Shown here: one piece after another, positions 50,124-61,618 of the stretch
Layout: every line of letters starts with the position of its first letter
Numbering within the stretch: the stretch's first letter is position 1
Origin: Gammaproteobacteria bacterium
GTDB taxonomy: Bacteria > Pseudomonadota > Gammaproteobacteria > VBWC01
DNA length: 64,000 bases
Direction: 5' to 3'
NCBI GenBank assembly: GCA_023266115.1
Contig: JAHFRU010000002.1
Location: forward strand, 58,228-122,227
Made by a program: the position numbers and the translations under genes
Notes under the pieces: generated by a model
The model's input: the letters and a program-made list of their open reading frames with translations, nothing else
Databases searched by the model: none
What the model was told of the DNA's origin: nothing

Positions 50124-51587
50124 ATGACGCAGGACAACCGGATTTTCGTGGGGGGGGGCGGCAACCTGCCAATGTATCTTGCGCTCGGCCTGGCCAATCG
50201 ACACGGGCTGGTCACCGGCGCTACGGGTACCGGAAAAACCGTATCGCTACAGATACTGGCGGAAGGTTTCTCGGCGCAGGGCGTGCCCGTTTTCATGGCC
50301 GATGTGAAAGGCGATCTTTCCGGCATCAGTCAGCCGGGGGTACCGAAGAAGGGTCTGGAAGATCGTGCCATTGCCATTGGCATGGATGGCTACGGGTATC
50401 GGTCATACCCGGTCATATTCTGGGATTTGCTGGGTGAGCAGGGCCATCCGGTCCGCACCACCGTTTCGGATATGGGGCCGTTGCTGCTGTCTCGCCTGCT
50501 CGAGCTAAACGATACCCAGGAAGGTGTGCTCAACATTGTGTTCAAAGTGGCAGACGACGAAGGCCTGCTGTTGCTCGATTTCGCGGATCTGAAGTCTCTG
50601 CTTCAATATGTGGGTGATAACAGCTCAACATTGACGACCCGATATGGCAACGTCAGCAGTGCATCAGTAGGCGCCATCCAGCGGCGCCTGCTCGTACTGG
50701 AACAGCAGGGCGGAGCCAAATTCTTTGGCGAGCCGGCGCTCGACCTGTATGACATGATGCGCGTCGATCATAACGGTTATGGCTTTATTAACATTCTCGC
50801 GGCGGACGTGCTGATGCAGCGCCCGCGCCTGTATGCGACCTTTCTGTTGTGGTTGCTGGCCGAGTTATTTGAAGAACTCCCGGAGGTCGGTGATCCGGAG
50901 AAACCGCGTCTCGTTTTCTTCTTCGACGAAGCGCATCTGCTTTTTGATGACGCGCCGAAGCCGCTGTTGGAGAAAGTCGAACAGGTGGTTCGTCTGATAC
51001 GGTCAAAGGGTGTCGGCGTATATTTCGTGACACAAAATCCGCTGGACATTCCGGATCAGGTGCTAGGTCAGTTGGGTAACCGGATACAGCATGCGTTGCG
51101 TGCCTACACGCCACGTGATCAGAAAGCGATACGGGCAGCGGCCCAGACGTTTCGGGTGAATCCTGGGCTCGACACCGAACGTGTTATTACGGAGCTCGGG
51201 TTGGGTGAGGCGCTGGTTTCGCTGCTTGAAGACAAAGGAGTGCCGAGCATCGTTCAGCGCACGCTTATCCGGCCGCCGTCTTCACGTCTCGGGCCGGTGT
51301 CTGCCGACGAACGGAAGGCCGTGATCGGTCAGAGTCCAATTCGTGGCCGTTACGAGAATGTTGTCGATCGCATGTCGGCGCATGAGAATTTGAGAGCACG
51401 TGCGGAACAGGCCGAGAAGCGGGCGGCAGCGCAGGCCTCGGAGCAGCAGGCGAATCCGGCCCGGAAAACGCGTGAGCGCCAGGGAGTCGTTGAAACGATG
51501 GCGAAGAGTGTCGCAAGCACGATAGGGCGCGGTATCGGCCAGCAGATCGTCCGGGGCATACTCGGATCGATATTCAAGGGGCGCTAG
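50124..51587 (+). CDS. HerA/FtsK-like P-loop ATPase, DUF853 (YjgR) family
   Basis: [16 protein letters not shown] (Walker A), [15 protein letters not shown] (Walker B), [18 protein letters not shown]; GGAGGT SD. Confidence 0.92.
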   Translation: MTQDNRIFVGGGGNLPMYLALGLANRHGLVTGATGTGKTVSLQILAEGFSAQGVPVFMADVKGDLSGISQPGVPKKGLEDRAIAIGMDGYGYRSYPVIFWDLLGEQGHPVRTTVSDMGPLLLSRLLELNDTQEGVLNIVFKVADDEGLLLLDFADLKSLLQYVGDNSSTLTTRYGNVSSASVGAIQRRLLVLEQQGGAKFFGEPALDLYDMMRVDHNGYGFINILAADVLMQRPRLYATFLLWLLAELFEELPEVGDPEKPRLVFFFDEAHLLFDDAPKPLLEKVEQVVRLIRSKGVGVYFVTQNPLDIPDQVLGQLGNRIQHALRAYTPRDQKAIRAAAQTFRVNPGLDTERVITELGLGEALVSLLEDKGVPSIVQRTLIRPPSSRLGPVSADERKAVIGQSPIRGRYENVVDRMSAHENLRARAEQAEKRAAAQASEQQANPARKTRERQGVVETMAKSVASTIGRGIGQQIVRGILGSIFKGR

Positions 51588-51611
51588 TGTTTCTGCGCTC
51601 ATCTGCTTGAG

Positions 51612-52067
51612 GTGAAAATTACCAGGGCCGTGGCCATCCGTCGCGTCGGGGTAATTGCGCTGCTCGTCGCGGGCGGATTTTTGGGTGCCGGTTACCTTGG
51701 GGAAAAGCCTACTGTCGGCGGCGGTTTTACAAGCGACGCGTCGGCGACGGTTTTTGATGCGTTTACCAGTAAGCGTTCGGGCGTCTGGGTTAACGCGCGT
51801 GGAAAGGTAACTCGCTTGCTGCCCGATGACAAAGACGGCTCACGTCACCAGCGGTTTATCGTTGCGTTCGAGAATGGCCGCACCGTTCTGATCAGCCACA
51901 ATATCGATTTGGCACATCGTTTGCCGTTGCGCTCCGGTGATGCCGTGTCGTTACGTGGCCGTTACGAATATAATGATCGTGGCGGCGTCATTCACTGGAC
52001 GCACCACGATCCCGGCGGTGGTCTCGAAGGCGGCTGGATAGAACATGCGGGGCAGCGTTATCGGTGA
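51612..52067 (+). CDS. DUF3465 family protein (N-terminal membrane anchor)
   Basis: LPDD..GSRHQRFIV, HNIDLA, YEYN..GGVIHWTHHDP, GGWI. Confidence 0.8.
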   Translation: MKITRAVAIRRVGVIALLVAGGFLGAGYLGEKPTVGGGFTSDASATVFDAFTSKRSGVWVNARGKVTRLLPDDKDGSRHQRFIVAFENGRTVLISHNIDLAHRLPLRSGDAVSLRGRYEYNDRGGVIHWTHHDPGGGLEGGWIEHAGQRYR

Positions 52068-52123
52068 AGCGGATGGTGGTGGGATGCCCCCGGTTACGTC
52101 GACCGGAGGCGATCCGATTGTCG

Positions 52124-52531
52124 CTAGTGGGTAATGACAGGTTCCAGGCGTTGGGCATGATCGATCCAGCGGGCAACTGTTTTCGCGCTGGGCGTCTGCC
52201 GGACCAGATTCTTTTCGGCGTTGACCTCCTGCATCTTTTGCGCAAGATTTTCGCTGTTGCGATTACGTAGTTCCTTGATGCTGTCGACCCCCGAGGCCTC
52301 GAGCAGTTCGGAATACTGGCGTGAAACGCCCTTGATACGGAACAGATCCGCCATGTTGATCCAGTCGAGCAACTGTCGTTCATTGATGCCGGTTTTTGCC
52401 GCGAGTTGCTGGCGGTTCTCGCGGTTGCTTCCGGCGTTCAACAGGTCGCTGGTGGTTTTGATGCCGAACGAATGCAATTTGGTGGCATAGGCTGGCCCTA
52501 TACCCTCTATCTCGTCGATTTTGTATGCCAT
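52124..52531 (-). CDS. DUF4332 family helix-hairpin-helix protein
   Basis: IEGIGPAYA..L, W.NMADLFRIKGV..QYSELLEASGVD; GAGGAG SD. Confidence 0.85.
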   Translation of the reverse strand: MAYKIDEIEGIGPAYATKLHSFGIKTTSDLLNAGSNRENRQQLAAKTGINERQLLDWINMADLFRIKGVSRQYSELLEASGVDSIKELRNRNSENLAQKMQEVNAEKNLVRQTPSAKTVARWIDHAQRLEPVITH

Positions 52532-52560
52532 AGGCGTACTCCTCTTAAACGATCGTTGAT

Positions 52561-52953
52561 CTAGCCGAGCAGTCCTTTCGCCATGCCGGCAAGGCCGCCC
52601 GAATTTCCCTTCAGTCCGGAGATGAGCCCGCTGGCCAGCGCGCCGCCATTCTTTTTCAGGAAGTCGACGAGCACCGGGATTGTCGTCATCAAGCCTCCCC
52701 GAACGGCTTCTTCGTTAACGCCGAACCGGGAGGCGAGCGATGCAATATCGATTCCGTCAAGCATGGATGACAGGGTGTTTTCGTCTGTGGCGACCTTCAT
52801 CAGGTCGACGTTGCCGCTTTGCAGCGATTTGATCAGCTGTTGTCCAGCCTCCGGCAAAAACTTTTGCGCCTGCTCCATCGAGAAACCGCTGGATGTCAGT
52901 TCGCTTACTAACGTGCTTCCTTTGGCGGCTAAAAATGTATCGATCAGATTCAT
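52561..52953 (-). CDS. Hypothetical alpha-helical protein, loosely YidB/DUF937-like
   Basis: AAGGAG SD; LASRFGV...GL...IPVLVDFL and Gly/Leu tail GGLAGMAKGLLG; 29 bp upstream of DUF4332. Confidence 0.7.
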   Translation of the reverse strand: MNLIDTFLAAKGSTLVSELTSSGFSMEQAQKFLPEAGQQLIKSLQSGNVDLMKVATDENTLSSMLDGIDIASLASRFGVNEEAVRGGLMTTIPVLVDFLKKNGGALASGLISGLKGNSGGLAGMAKGLLG

Positions 52954-53431
52954 GACAGGATCTCCTTGTCGTCGTTTGTGGAAATCGGATTTCTCAATTT
53001 ACGTTTACACGCTGTACCGAGGAAATTCAGCCTAGTGGGTGTCGCGGCAAAAGGACATGCTACGAGCGGCGAAATCACAAAATTTCACAAACGACAGGTT
53101 GTCCGCCGTCCAGTCGGTGGCGTGGGTCGGCCGGTAGCCGAAGCGGAGTCGGCACGGCGCAGTGGTCAAAAATCAACACACCGATAATCAGTACGTTAAG
53201 TGAATCTATCGGCAAATTCCTTTGCCTGTTCATGCGCGATTCAGCTCGCAACGCTAATATGCGATAATCGCACAAACGCTTAATTAGCGGCGCTTTATTG
53301 GCCGGTGACCCGGTCATGCGTAGTCGTTCTGGCAGTTTGGCCGCGGACACATGCACAACCGGACATAAATAGCGCGCGGGACCGCGCTGACCGGGGCGCC
53401 TACAGGCACGGGGTTACCTCAGGGGATACCA

Positions 53432-54175
53432 ATGAGAATAGGGCTACTGGAAGATGATATACACCAGGCGCAATTAATGGAGGTCTGGCTGGATGCGGCG
53501 GGCCATACCTGCAAACGGTTTACGCGCGGTGAGGATTTTCTCCGTACGGTTAAACGCGAAAGTTTCGATCTGGTGATTCTCGACTGGGTTCTTCCGGATA
53601 TTAACGGTGATGACGTCGTAGACTGGTTGCGTACCAATCTTGACTGGCATATTCCGGTCCTGTTTGTGTCCGTCAAGGAGAGCGAAGAGGATATTGTGCA
53701 TGCGCTGCAGAAGGGCGCGGACGATTACATGGTCAAACCCGTCAGGCCGCTCGAGATGCTGGCGCGTATTACAGCGTTAAGCCGTCGCGCCGGTTCGCAG
53801 AACGAGATCGACAAAAGCCTGTCGATCGGAGAATTCCAGATCGATCTCGCCGCCAGTGCCTTTTCACGTAACGATGAGCCCATCGACCTCACCCAGAAGG
53901 AATTCGATCTTGCGGTATTTTTGTTTAAAAATACCGGGCGCTTGTTATCGCGCAAGCACCTGATGGAGAGTGTCTGGGGTCAGCGCGCCGACCTGAACAC
54001 GCGCACCGTGGATACCCATATCAGTCGCTTACGTAACAAGCTGTCGCTGACCCCGGAAAACGGCTGGCGGCTAAGCTCGATTTACCAGCACGGCTACCGG
54101 CTCGAACGGACTGATCAGACCAGGGAGTCACCGGGGCACAGGTTGGCTGGCGCGCCGGCCGGTACGATGCTGTAG
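53432..54175 (+). CDS. OmpR/PhoB-family response regulator (orphan)
   Basis: LLEDD, ILDWVLPD, GADDYMVKP, LTQKEF, TRTVDTHISRLR, GYRL. Confidence 0.93.
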   Translation: MRIGLLEDDIHQAQLMEVWLDAAGHTCKRFTRGEDFLRTVKRESFDLVILDWVLPDINGDDVVDWLRTNLDWHIPVLFVSVKESEEDIVHALQKGADDYMVKPVRPLEMLARITALSRRAGSQNEIDKSLSIGEFQIDLAASAFSRNDEPIDLTQKEFDLAVFLFKNTGRLLSRKHLMESVWGQRADLNTRTVDTHISRLRNKLSLTPENGWRLSSIYQHGYRLERTDQTRESPGHRLAGAPAGTML

Positions 54176-54199
54176 CAGGGCCAGGTGGATCGACGCTGG

Positions 54200-57022
54200 T
54201 TAAATCGTTTGAAAGCGCCGGTGCTGTTCGTTCAGTTGTTGCAGCGATGAACGCATTTCGTCAACCCGTTGCTGTTCTTTAGCCACGACGTCGGCCGGCG
54301 CGCGTTCCGCAAAGCCGGGGTTGCCGAGCTTGTTTTCGCTGCGCGAGAGCATTCCCTGCAGTTTCTCGATTTCCCTGGTCAGCCGGTCCAGTTCCGCCTG
54401 TTTGTCGATCAGGCCGGCAAGCGGAATGAGTATCTTCGTATCACCGACCAGGGCAATGGCGGCTTCCGGGGGAGTAGCGGTGTTGTCCAGCCAGGTGATG
54501 TGTTCGATGCGCGCCAGCGACATTAACAGGGCGCGGGTGTTGTCCAGTCGCTTGAGATCTGCGTCGCTTCCGTTCTGCAGCAGTACCGGCAGTGTCTTTG
54601 ATGGGGCGATGTTCATGCCGCTGCGTATCTTGCGCACGCCGAGAACGAATTCCTGCACCCACTCGATTTCTCTCAGTGAGTCATGATCGATAAGGGCAGT
54701 CTCCGCCGCGGGGTAGGGTTGCAGCATGATGGTCGCGCCGGTCTTGCCGGCCAGCGGCGCCACGCGCTGCCAGATTTCTTCCGAAATAAATGGCATCAGT
54801 GGATGAACGAGACGTAGCATCGCCTCGAGCACCCTGACCAGCGTGCGACGTGTTCCGCGTTGCGCCGGTGCGCGCGTAGCAGTGGAGGTCAGTACCGGTT
54901 TTGCCAGTTCCAGGTACCAGTCGCAGTATTCATTCCAGGTAAATTCGTATATCGCCTGGGCCATCAGGTCGAAGCGGTAGATTTTGACGGCATCGGCGAC
55001 ACGGGCCTCGCATTGTTGCAGGCGCGAAATAATCCAGCGGTCAGCGAGGCTCAGTTCCACGTCGCCACCGTGCTGTCCGCAATCCTGATTTTCCGTGTTC
55101 ATCAGGACGTAGCGCGCCGCGTTCCATAGTTTGTTGCAGAAATTTCGATAACCGTCGATACGTCCCATATCGAAGTTGATGTCGCGTCCGGTCGAGGCCA
55201 GCGCGGCAAACGTGAAGCGCAGCGCATCCGTGCCGAATGCCGGAATGCCGTCGGCAAAATCCTTGCGCGTTGATTTGTCGATTTGTTTCGCCATTTGCGG
55301 TTGCATCAGGCCGGCGGTGCGCTTGGTAACGAGCTCGTCGAGTGTGATCCCATCGATCAGATCGATGGGATCAAGCACATTCCCCTTGGACTTGGACATC
55401 TTCTCACCGTGGGCGTCGCGTACCAGTCCGTGAATATAGACCTCGCGAAACGGTACCTCGCCGGTGAACTTGAGGCCCATCATGATCATGCGCGCGACCC
55501 AGAAGAAAATGATGTCAAAGCCGGTGACCAGTACGCTGGTCGGGTAAAACGCTTTCAGGTCGCGCGTCTGCTCCGGCCAGCCGAGTGTCGAGAACGGCCA
55601 CAATGCCGACGAGAACCACGTGTCGAGTACGTCCTGATCCTGTGACAGGGCGATATCGTTACCGAGATTGTGTTTGGCGCGGACCTCGTCTTCGGAGCGG
55701 CCAACGTAGACACCGCCCTTGTCGTCGTACCAGGCCGGTATCCGGTGGCCCCACCAGATCTGGCGTGAAATGCACCAGTCCTGAATGTTGCGCATCCACT
55801 CGAAATAGGTGTTCTTCCAGTTGTCGGGGACAAAACGTATCGCGCCGGATTCGACGGCCGCTATCGCCGGTTCGGCCAGTGGCTGAGCTCTTACGTACCA
55901 TTGGTCGGTCAGGTACGGTTCGATAATCGCTCCGGAACGGTCGCCACGCGGCGCCATCAGTTTGTGCGGTTCGGTCTTGTCGAGCAGGCCGATCGCGTCG
56001 AGATCACTGACGATCTGCTTGCGTGCAGCAAAGCGGTCCAGTCCGCGATAATTCCCGGGAACAAGATCCTTGCTCGGATCAGCGGAGTCGCTATCGTGCA
56101 GGTGCGCGCTGATATCGAAGATATTGATCAGGCCGTTGTTCGGTAACTGCTGCAGCGCGCTTTCGTCGCGGTGTCGCTGCCAGACACTGTAGTCGTTGAA
56201 GTCGTGTGCCGGTGTGATCTTGACGCAGCCGGTACCGAAGGCAGGGTCGACATAGTCATCGGCGATCACCGGAATGCGCCGGCCGGTCAGCGGCAGTTCA
56301 ACCTGCTGACCGATCAGGTGCTTGTAACGTTCATCGCCCGGATGTACGGCGATGGCGCAATCACCGAGCAGGGTTTCCGGGCGGGTCGTCGCGACTGTCA
56401 GGTGACCGGAGCCATCGGCGAGCGGATAGCGCATGTGCCACAGAAAGCCGTTTTCTTCCTCTGCTATGACTTCCAGATCGGACACGGCGGTATGCAGTAC
56501 CGGGTCCCAGTTGACCAGCCGCTTGCCACGATAGATCAAACCTTCCTCATACAGCCGCACGAACACTTCTTTCACGGCATCGGATAAGCCGTCGTCCATC
56601 GTGAACCGTTCGCGAGACCAGTCCAGCGATGCGCCCATGCGTCGGAGTTGCCGGGTGATATGGCCGCCGGACTGCTCCTTCCATTGCCACACCTGGTGGA
56701 TAAACGCCTCGCGGCCGAGATCGTGGCGCGTCTTGCCCTCGACGGCGAGCAGGCGCTCGACGACCATCTGTGTCGCGATGCCGGCGTGGTCGGTGCCCGC
56801 CTGCCACAGCGTATTGTCGCCAGACATACGGTGATAGCGGATCAGCGCATCCATCAGCGTGTCCTGGAAGGCATGACCCATGTGCAGCGAGCCGGTCACG
56901 TTCGGCGGCGGGATCATGATGCAGAACGGCGATCCGTTGCCCGACGGCCTGAAATAACCGTTGTCTTCCCAGGTCTGGTACCAGTGTTGCTCGATGGCGT
57001 GAGGGTCGTAGGTTTTTTCCAT
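54200..57022 (-). CDS. valS: Valine--tRNA ligase
   Basis: [31 protein letters not shown]-terminal coiled coil. Confidence 0.99.
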   Translation of the reverse strand: MEKTYDPHAIEQHWYQTWEDNGYFRPSGNGSPFCIMIPPPNVTGSLHMGHAFQDTLMDALIRYHRMSGDNTLWQAGTDHAGIATQMVVERLLAVEGKTRHDLGREAFIHQVWQWKEQSGGHITRQLRRMGASLDWSRERFTMDDGLSDAVKEVFVRLYEEGLIYRGKRLVNWDPVLHTAVSDLEVIAEEENGFLWHMRYPLADGSGHLTVATTRPETLLGDCAIAVHPGDERYKHLIGQQVELPLTGRRIPVIADDYVDPAFGTGCVKITPAHDFNDYSVWQRHRDESALQQLPNNGLINIFDISAHLHDSDSADPSKDLVPGNYRGLDRFAARKQIVSDLDAIGLLDKTEPHKLMAPRGDRSGAIIEPYLTDQWYVRAQPLAEPAIAAVESGAIRFVPDNWKNTYFEWMRNIQDWCISRQIWWGHRIPAWYDDKGGVYVGRSEDEVRAKHNLGNDIALSQDQDVLDTWFSSALWPFSTLGWPEQTRDLKAFYPTSVLVTGFDIIFFWVARMIMMGLKFTGEVPFREVYIHGLVRDAHGEKMSKSKGNVLDPIDLIDGITLDELVTKRTAGLMQPQMAKQIDKSTRKDFADGIPAFGTDALRFTFAALASTGRDINFDMGRIDGYRNFCNKLWNAARYVLMNTENQDCGQHGGDVELSLADRWIISRLQQCEARVADAVKIYRFDLMAQAIYEFTWNEYCDWYLELAKPVLTSTATRAPAQRGTRRTLVRVLEAMLRLVHPLMPFISEEIWQRVAPLAGKTGATIMLQPYPAAETALIDHDSLREIEWVQEFVLGVRKIRSGMNIAPSKTLPVLLQNGSDADLKRLDNTRALLMSLARIEHITWLDNTATPPEAAIALVGDTKILIPLAGLIDKQAELDRLTREIEKLQGMLSRSENKLGNPGFAERAPADVVAKEQQRVDEMRSSLQQLNEQHRRFQTI

Positions 57023-57066
57023 AGTCACAGAGATCGCGTCAGCTTCCGATACGGCAGTCAGGCCGC

Positions 57067-57501
57067 TCAGGATGGTATGGCGTGGGTTTCCGGCTCGCAG
57101 CCATTGTCTTTGTAAAAGCGAAACCGGTCACGGCCGGATTTTTTGGTGTCCTCGTGCTGATCGATGATCTCGGCGACGCGCTGATAACTCCGGAAAATAT
57201 CGGGCACGGCATTCGTGAGATTGACCAGCAGGTCCGTGGCCTCGCCCGGATGGTGCTGCTCGCCGATAACTACCGGCGGCGCGTCCGTGGCGGGGGTTGC
57301 TCCGGACGATGTATGTGGAACGAAACTGCCGGCACGAAACGTCCAGAGCAACTCGTCGAGCAGGACGGTCTGTTCGCGATTCGCCGTCTGGATAAAGACC
57401 CGATGGCCGGCACGATAGGCCTTTTCCGCCAGGCGACAAGCGAATCGCAGCCGATCGGTCGGAGCGCCGGCCTGCAAGATATAGAAATCGACGCGTGCCA
57501 T
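57067..57501 (-). CDS. holC: DNA polymerase III chi subunit
   Basis: [36 protein letters not shown]; pepA-holC-valS synteny. Confidence 0.95.
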   Translation of the reverse strand: MARVDFYILQAGAPTDRLRFACRLAEKAYRAGHRVFIQTANREQTVLLDELLWTFRAGSFVPHTSSGATPATDAPPVVIGEQHHPGEATDLLVNLTNAVPDIFRSYQRVAEIIDQHEDTKKSGRDRFRFYKDNGCEPETHAIPS

Positions 57502-57544
57502 ACGCCTCTAACGATTCACGGCGACGTAGACATCGGACTTTGTC

Positions 57545-59059
57545 TTATGCCTGGGCGCCACGACCTTTCTCTGTGCTGCGATCGATTAGATACTGTGTCA
57601 GCAATGGCACCGGCCGTCCGGTCGCCCCCTTTTTGGCGCCGGACAGCCATGCCGTCCCGGCGATATCCAGGTGTGCCCAGTGAAACTTCTTGGTGAAACG
57701 TGCGAGAAAACAGGCGGCGGTAATGGTGCCGGCTTCACGGCCGCCGACGTTTTGCATATCGGCAAAGTTACTCTTGATCTGCTCCTGATATTCTTCCCAC
57801 AACGGCAATTCCCAGGCACGGTCGCCGCTGGTCTTGCCGGCGTTCAACAACTGATGCGCGAGCGGCGCATGATTGCCGAGCAGGCCGCTGGCGTGTGCCC
57901 CCAGCGCGACGACACACGCGCCGGTCAGCGTCGCAATATCGATGACCACATCCGGATCGAAGCGTTCGGCATACGTCAGCGCGTCGCACAGGATCAGACG
58001 CCCTTCGGCATCGGTGTTGATCACCTCGATCGTTTGTCCCGACATGCTGGTAACGATATCGCCGGGTTTGGTGGCGGTTCCTGACGGCAGATTCTCGGTA
58101 GCGGGTATTACGCCGACGATGTTCAGCGGCAGTTTGAGATCGGCCGCCGCCGACAGCGTGCCGAGTACACTTGCCGCGCCGCACATGTCGAATTTCATCT
58201 CATCCATCGCGGCGCCGGGCTTCAGCGAAATACCGCCGGAGTCAAACGTCACTCCCTTGCCAACCAGCGCAATCGGCTTATCTTTCTTTTTCGCTCCCTT
58301 ATATTGCAGCACGATCAGCTTTGCCGGTTCCGCGCTGCCGCGGGCCACGGAGAGCAACGATCCCATGCCGAGCTTTTTCATGTCGGCCGCTTCCAGCACC
58401 TCGACCTTGATACTGCGATGACGTTTGGCGAGCGCAGTCGCCTGTTCGGCCAGATGGGTCGGTGTGCAGATATTGCCGGGACGGTTTGCCAGGTCCTTCG
58501 CCAGGGCAACGCCGTCAGCAATCGCGACTCCTTCCCTGGCGGCCGATTCGCCGTCCGGCAGGTCGCTGCGTTGTGGCAGCGCCAGCACGAGTTTGCGCAA
58601 TGGCGGTCGGGTCTCGTCCTTCTTGGATTTTAGTTCTTCGAAGCGGTACAGCGCGTCGCGGGTTGCCTCAACAGCCTGCCGTACCCGCCAGCGTATATCG
58701 CGGCCCTTGACGTGGATCTCCACCAGATAGGACACGGCTTCCAGCGCGCCTGTCTCGTGCAGCGTCGTTGCCGCCGTCGCGACGATCTTGCGATACTGGT
58801 TATCAGTGAGTTCGCGTTCCTTGCCGCAGCCGACCAGCAGCACCCGGTCACACAGCGTATTGGGGATATTGTGCAACAACAGCGTCTGGCCTACCTTGCC
58901 CTCAAGGTCGCCGCGCCGCAGAAAGTTGGTCAAGTAGCCATCCGAGGCCTGATCCAGCTCCTCGCCGGACGGCGACAGGCGCCGCGGTGCGAAGACACCG
59001 ATAACGACACATGCAGTACGCTGTTTTTCCGGATTGCCACTCTTTACAATAAACTCCAT
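57545..59059 (-). CDS. pepA: Leucyl aminopeptidase (M17)
   Basis: [36 protein letters not shown]. Confidence 0.98.
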   Translation of the reverse strand: MEFIVKSGNPEKQRTACVVIGVFAPRRLSPSGEELDQASDGYLTNFLRRGDLEGKVGQTLLLHNIPNTLCDRVLLVGCGKERELTDNQYRKIVATAATTLHETGALEAVSYLVEIHVKGRDIRWRVRQAVEATRDALYRFEELKSKKDETRPPLRKLVLALPQRSDLPDGESAAREGVAIADGVALAKDLANRPGNICTPTHLAEQATALAKRHRSIKVEVLEAADMKKLGMGSLLSVARGSAEPAKLIVLQYKGAKKKDKPIALVGKGVTFDSGGISLKPGAAMDEMKFDMCGAASVLGTLSAAADLKLPLNIVGVIPATENLPSGTATKPGDIVTSMSGQTIEVINTDAEGRLILCDALTYAERFDPDVVIDIATLTGACVVALGAHASGLLGNHAPLAHQLLNAGKTSGDRAWELPLWEEYQEQIKSNFADMQNVGGREAGTITAACFLARFTKKFHWAHLDIAGTAWLSGAKKGATGRPVPLLTQYLIDRSTEKGRGAQA

Positions 59060-59240
59060 ACAGTCCTCTTCAGGTGCAGTGTGTTCGAGACCAGGCGGTT
59101 ACCCGTTCGATCCGTAAACCATCACCGTGGCCCGGCGTGGCGACAGGATCACCTGTGAAAATTTTTGCGTCGTGCCAGTTTACCCCAAGAATAGCGGATT
59201 TTCATAACATTTCCGCGCATTGCCGCGCGCGGCGCAAGCC

Positions 59241-60338
59241 ATGATGATCATCAACCGCTATATCATGAAAGAAGTACTGGTGACGCTGCTCGGCGTGTTG
59301 GTCATCCTGTTCCTGATATATCTCAGTACGCGGTTTATCCAGTTTCTTGAGGCGGCGGCGGCGGGGATGCTGCCGACGAACGTCGTATTGACACTGCTTG
59401 GGCTCAAGACGCTCAGCGCCCTGGCGGATTTGTTGCCCTACTCGCTTTATATTGCGGTGCTGCTTGCCTTCGGCCGTTTGTACAAAGACAGCGAAATGGT
59501 GGCCCTGGCCGCGTGCGGTATCGGGACGCGGAAGATTGTGCGGGTAATTATCGGCTTCTCGACAATGACTGCGGTAATCGTCGGCGTCACGTCGCTGTAT
59601 TTCGCGCCCTGGGCCGAGGAACAGAGTTCACGGATACGCGATCAGGTAAGGGCGTCTTCCGAGATCGTCGGACTGGCGCCGGGGCGGTTCAGCGAGTCCG
59701 TCGACGGTAACGGCGTGTTCTTTGCCGAGGAGATTTCACGGGACGGACAATCCTTGCGCAATATCTTTATTCAGGCCAATCGCGACAAGAGTGTCGAGAC
59801 ACTGTCGTCGGAGCACGGTGCTTTCGTGACCGATCCGGAAACGGGCAGCCGCTTTCTGGTACTGAAAAACGGCTACCGGTACGAGTGGCAGCCGGGCGTG
59901 CCACAGGTCAATATCGTTCAGTTCGAGGAGCACGGTGTGCTGCTGCGGGAACGGGAAGTCGAGAAGTCGACGCGGCGGCACGAGGCCCGCGCCACGGATA
60001 CCTTGCTGGCAAGCGATGACCGGACCGAGATCGCTGAATTGCAGCGTCGCGTTTCCATGCCGGTAATAACGATTCTGCTTGGCCTGCTTGCCGTCCCGTT
60101 AAGCCGCACCTCACCACGGCGAGGCCGCTACGCGAAGCTGTTCACGGCGATACTGATCCTGGTGATCTACAGCAATATACTTGGCGTGGCCCAGTCGTGG
60201 TTCGAACGCGGCGTTACGCCTCAGTCCCTGGGTTTCTGGTGGGTACATGTGGTGTTTCTGGTATTCGTGTTGATTGTTTATGTCCGCCAGATGGGCCTGA
60301 CGTGGACGATACGCGTGCTCGCGGGCAAGGATGTATGA
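59241..60338 (+). CDS. lptF: LPS export ABC permease LptF
   Basis: IINRYIMKE, GRLYKDSEM, L.NGYRYE, AELQ.R, PRRGRY; divergent from pepA. Confidence 0.93.
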   Translation: MMIINRYIMKEVLVTLLGVLVILFLIYLSTRFIQFLEAAAAGMLPTNVVLTLLGLKTLSALADLLPYSLYIAVLLAFGRLYKDSEMVALAACGIGTRKIVRVIIGFSTMTAVIVGVTSLYFAPWAEEQSSRIRDQVRASSEIVGLAPGRFSESVDGNGVFFAEEISRDGQSLRNIFIQANRDKSVETLSSEHGAFVTDPETGSRFLVLKNGYRYEWQPGVPQVNIVQFEEHGVLLREREVEKSTRRHEARATDTLLASDDRTEIAELQRRVSMPVITILLGLLAVPLSRTSPRRGRYAKLFTAILILVIYSNILGVAQSWFERGVTPQSLGFWWVHVVFLVFVLIVYVRQMGLTWTIRVLAGKDV

Positions 60339-61399
60339 AGACGATTGACCGTTATATCGCGAGATCGGTCGCCGCCAGTTCGTTTCTGGTACTGGTCGTG
60401 CTGTTGGCGTTGTTTTCGCTGGCCACGCTGGTTGGCGAACTCCAGGATGTCGGCAAGGGCAACTATGGCGTGTTCGATGTCGTACAGGTGACACTGCTGA
60501 GCCTGCCGGGCCTGACCTACCAGCTTATGCCGCTGGTCGCGCTGCTCGGCACGACGCTGGGTCTGGGGATGCTGGCGCTCAACAATGAACTCGTCGTTCT
60601 GCGGGCGTCGGGAATCTCGCTGGGTCGCGTGGTGATGTCGGTCATGCGCGTCGGGCTGGTGCTGATCGTGATTGCTATCGTGCTGGGTGAATGGGTGGCG
60701 CCGCGCACGGAACAGCTCGGCCAGAGTCTGCGCGCTACGGCCTTGCATGAGCCCGTTATGTTGAAGACGGACAAGGGTTTCTGGGCGCGTGATGGCAAGC
60801 GTTTCATTAATATCCGGCAGATTTTCCCCGATGGGCGGCTGGGTGATATACGAATTTTCGAGCTGGACGACAAATACCGGTTGCGCGAAACGGTACGCGC
60901 GGCGACCGCTTCCTATCAGGGCGACGAGTGGTTGCTCGAGGACATTGTGCGGACCGTGATCGGCGACGGGCAGGTGACCACCGACAGACTGCCTGAGGCC
61001 TCATGGCAATCGTTGATCGATCCCGCTTTGATCGATGTCGTCACCGTCAATCCGGAGAAATTGTCAACGTGGGGATTGTATAAATACATCGAGTACCTGC
61101 ATGACAACAGCCTGGCCGCCGGCCGGTATGAGCTGGCGTTGTGGGGAAAGATCATGGCGCCTGTCGCGACCGGCGTCATGGTGTTTCTGGCGGTGCCTTT
61201 TATCTTCGGCTCGTTACGGTCGGTCAGCATTACCCAGCGCATCCTTGTCAGCGCATTTATCGGTATTGGCTTCCATATTTTCAACCAGACGGTCAATTAC
61301 GTCGCGCTGGTGTACGATTTCTATCCGGTCGTCAGCGCGGTGTTGCCGACCTTGCTGTTTTTTTTAGTCGCCTTGTTATTGCTGCGACGGGCAAGCTAG
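60335..61399 (+). CDS. lptG: LPS export ABC permease LptG
   Basis: IDRYI, ELVVLRASGIS, GFWARDG, FIFGSLRS; ATGA overlap with lptF. Confidence 0.93.
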   Translation: MKTIDRYIARSVAASSFLVLVVLLALFSLATLVGELQDVGKGNYGVFDVVQVTLLSLPGLTYQLMPLVALLGTTLGLGMLALNNELVVLRASGISLGRVVMSVMRVGLVLIVIAIVLGEWVAPRTEQLGQSLRATALHEPVMLKTDKGFWARDGKRFINIRQIFPDGRLGDIRIFELDDKYRLRETVRAATASYQGDEWLLEDIVRTVIGDGQVTTDRLPEASWQSLIDPALIDVVTVNPEKLSTWGLYKYIEYLHDNSLAAGRYELALWGKIMAPVATGVMVFLAVPFIFGSLRSVSITQRILVSAFIGIGFHIFNQTVNYVALVYDFYPVVSAVLPTLLFFLVALLLLRRAS

Positions 61400-61618
61400 C
61401 GGTACAGACATACCCGGGTTGGTCGCTTGCAGAACGCGACCCCGCATTTTGCCGTGACCGGAGTGATCACGCGTGGACGCTGTCGGTCGGGATGCGCCTT
61501 TTTTGATCCGGTACGCCGTGTGGTTTCCTGATGGATCAGCGCCAGGATATTGCGTTGGCAGAAACTAAATACACGTGCAGTCTGGTATAAATATTACGCC
61601 CACACCAAGGAGAATCGA

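Noticed and set aside
53380-53420. c-di-GMP-I riboswitch suggested by CACGGGGTTACC before the orphan regulator
   Set aside because: Lacks the GGCAAA..GAAA..GACGCAAAGC core at the required spacing
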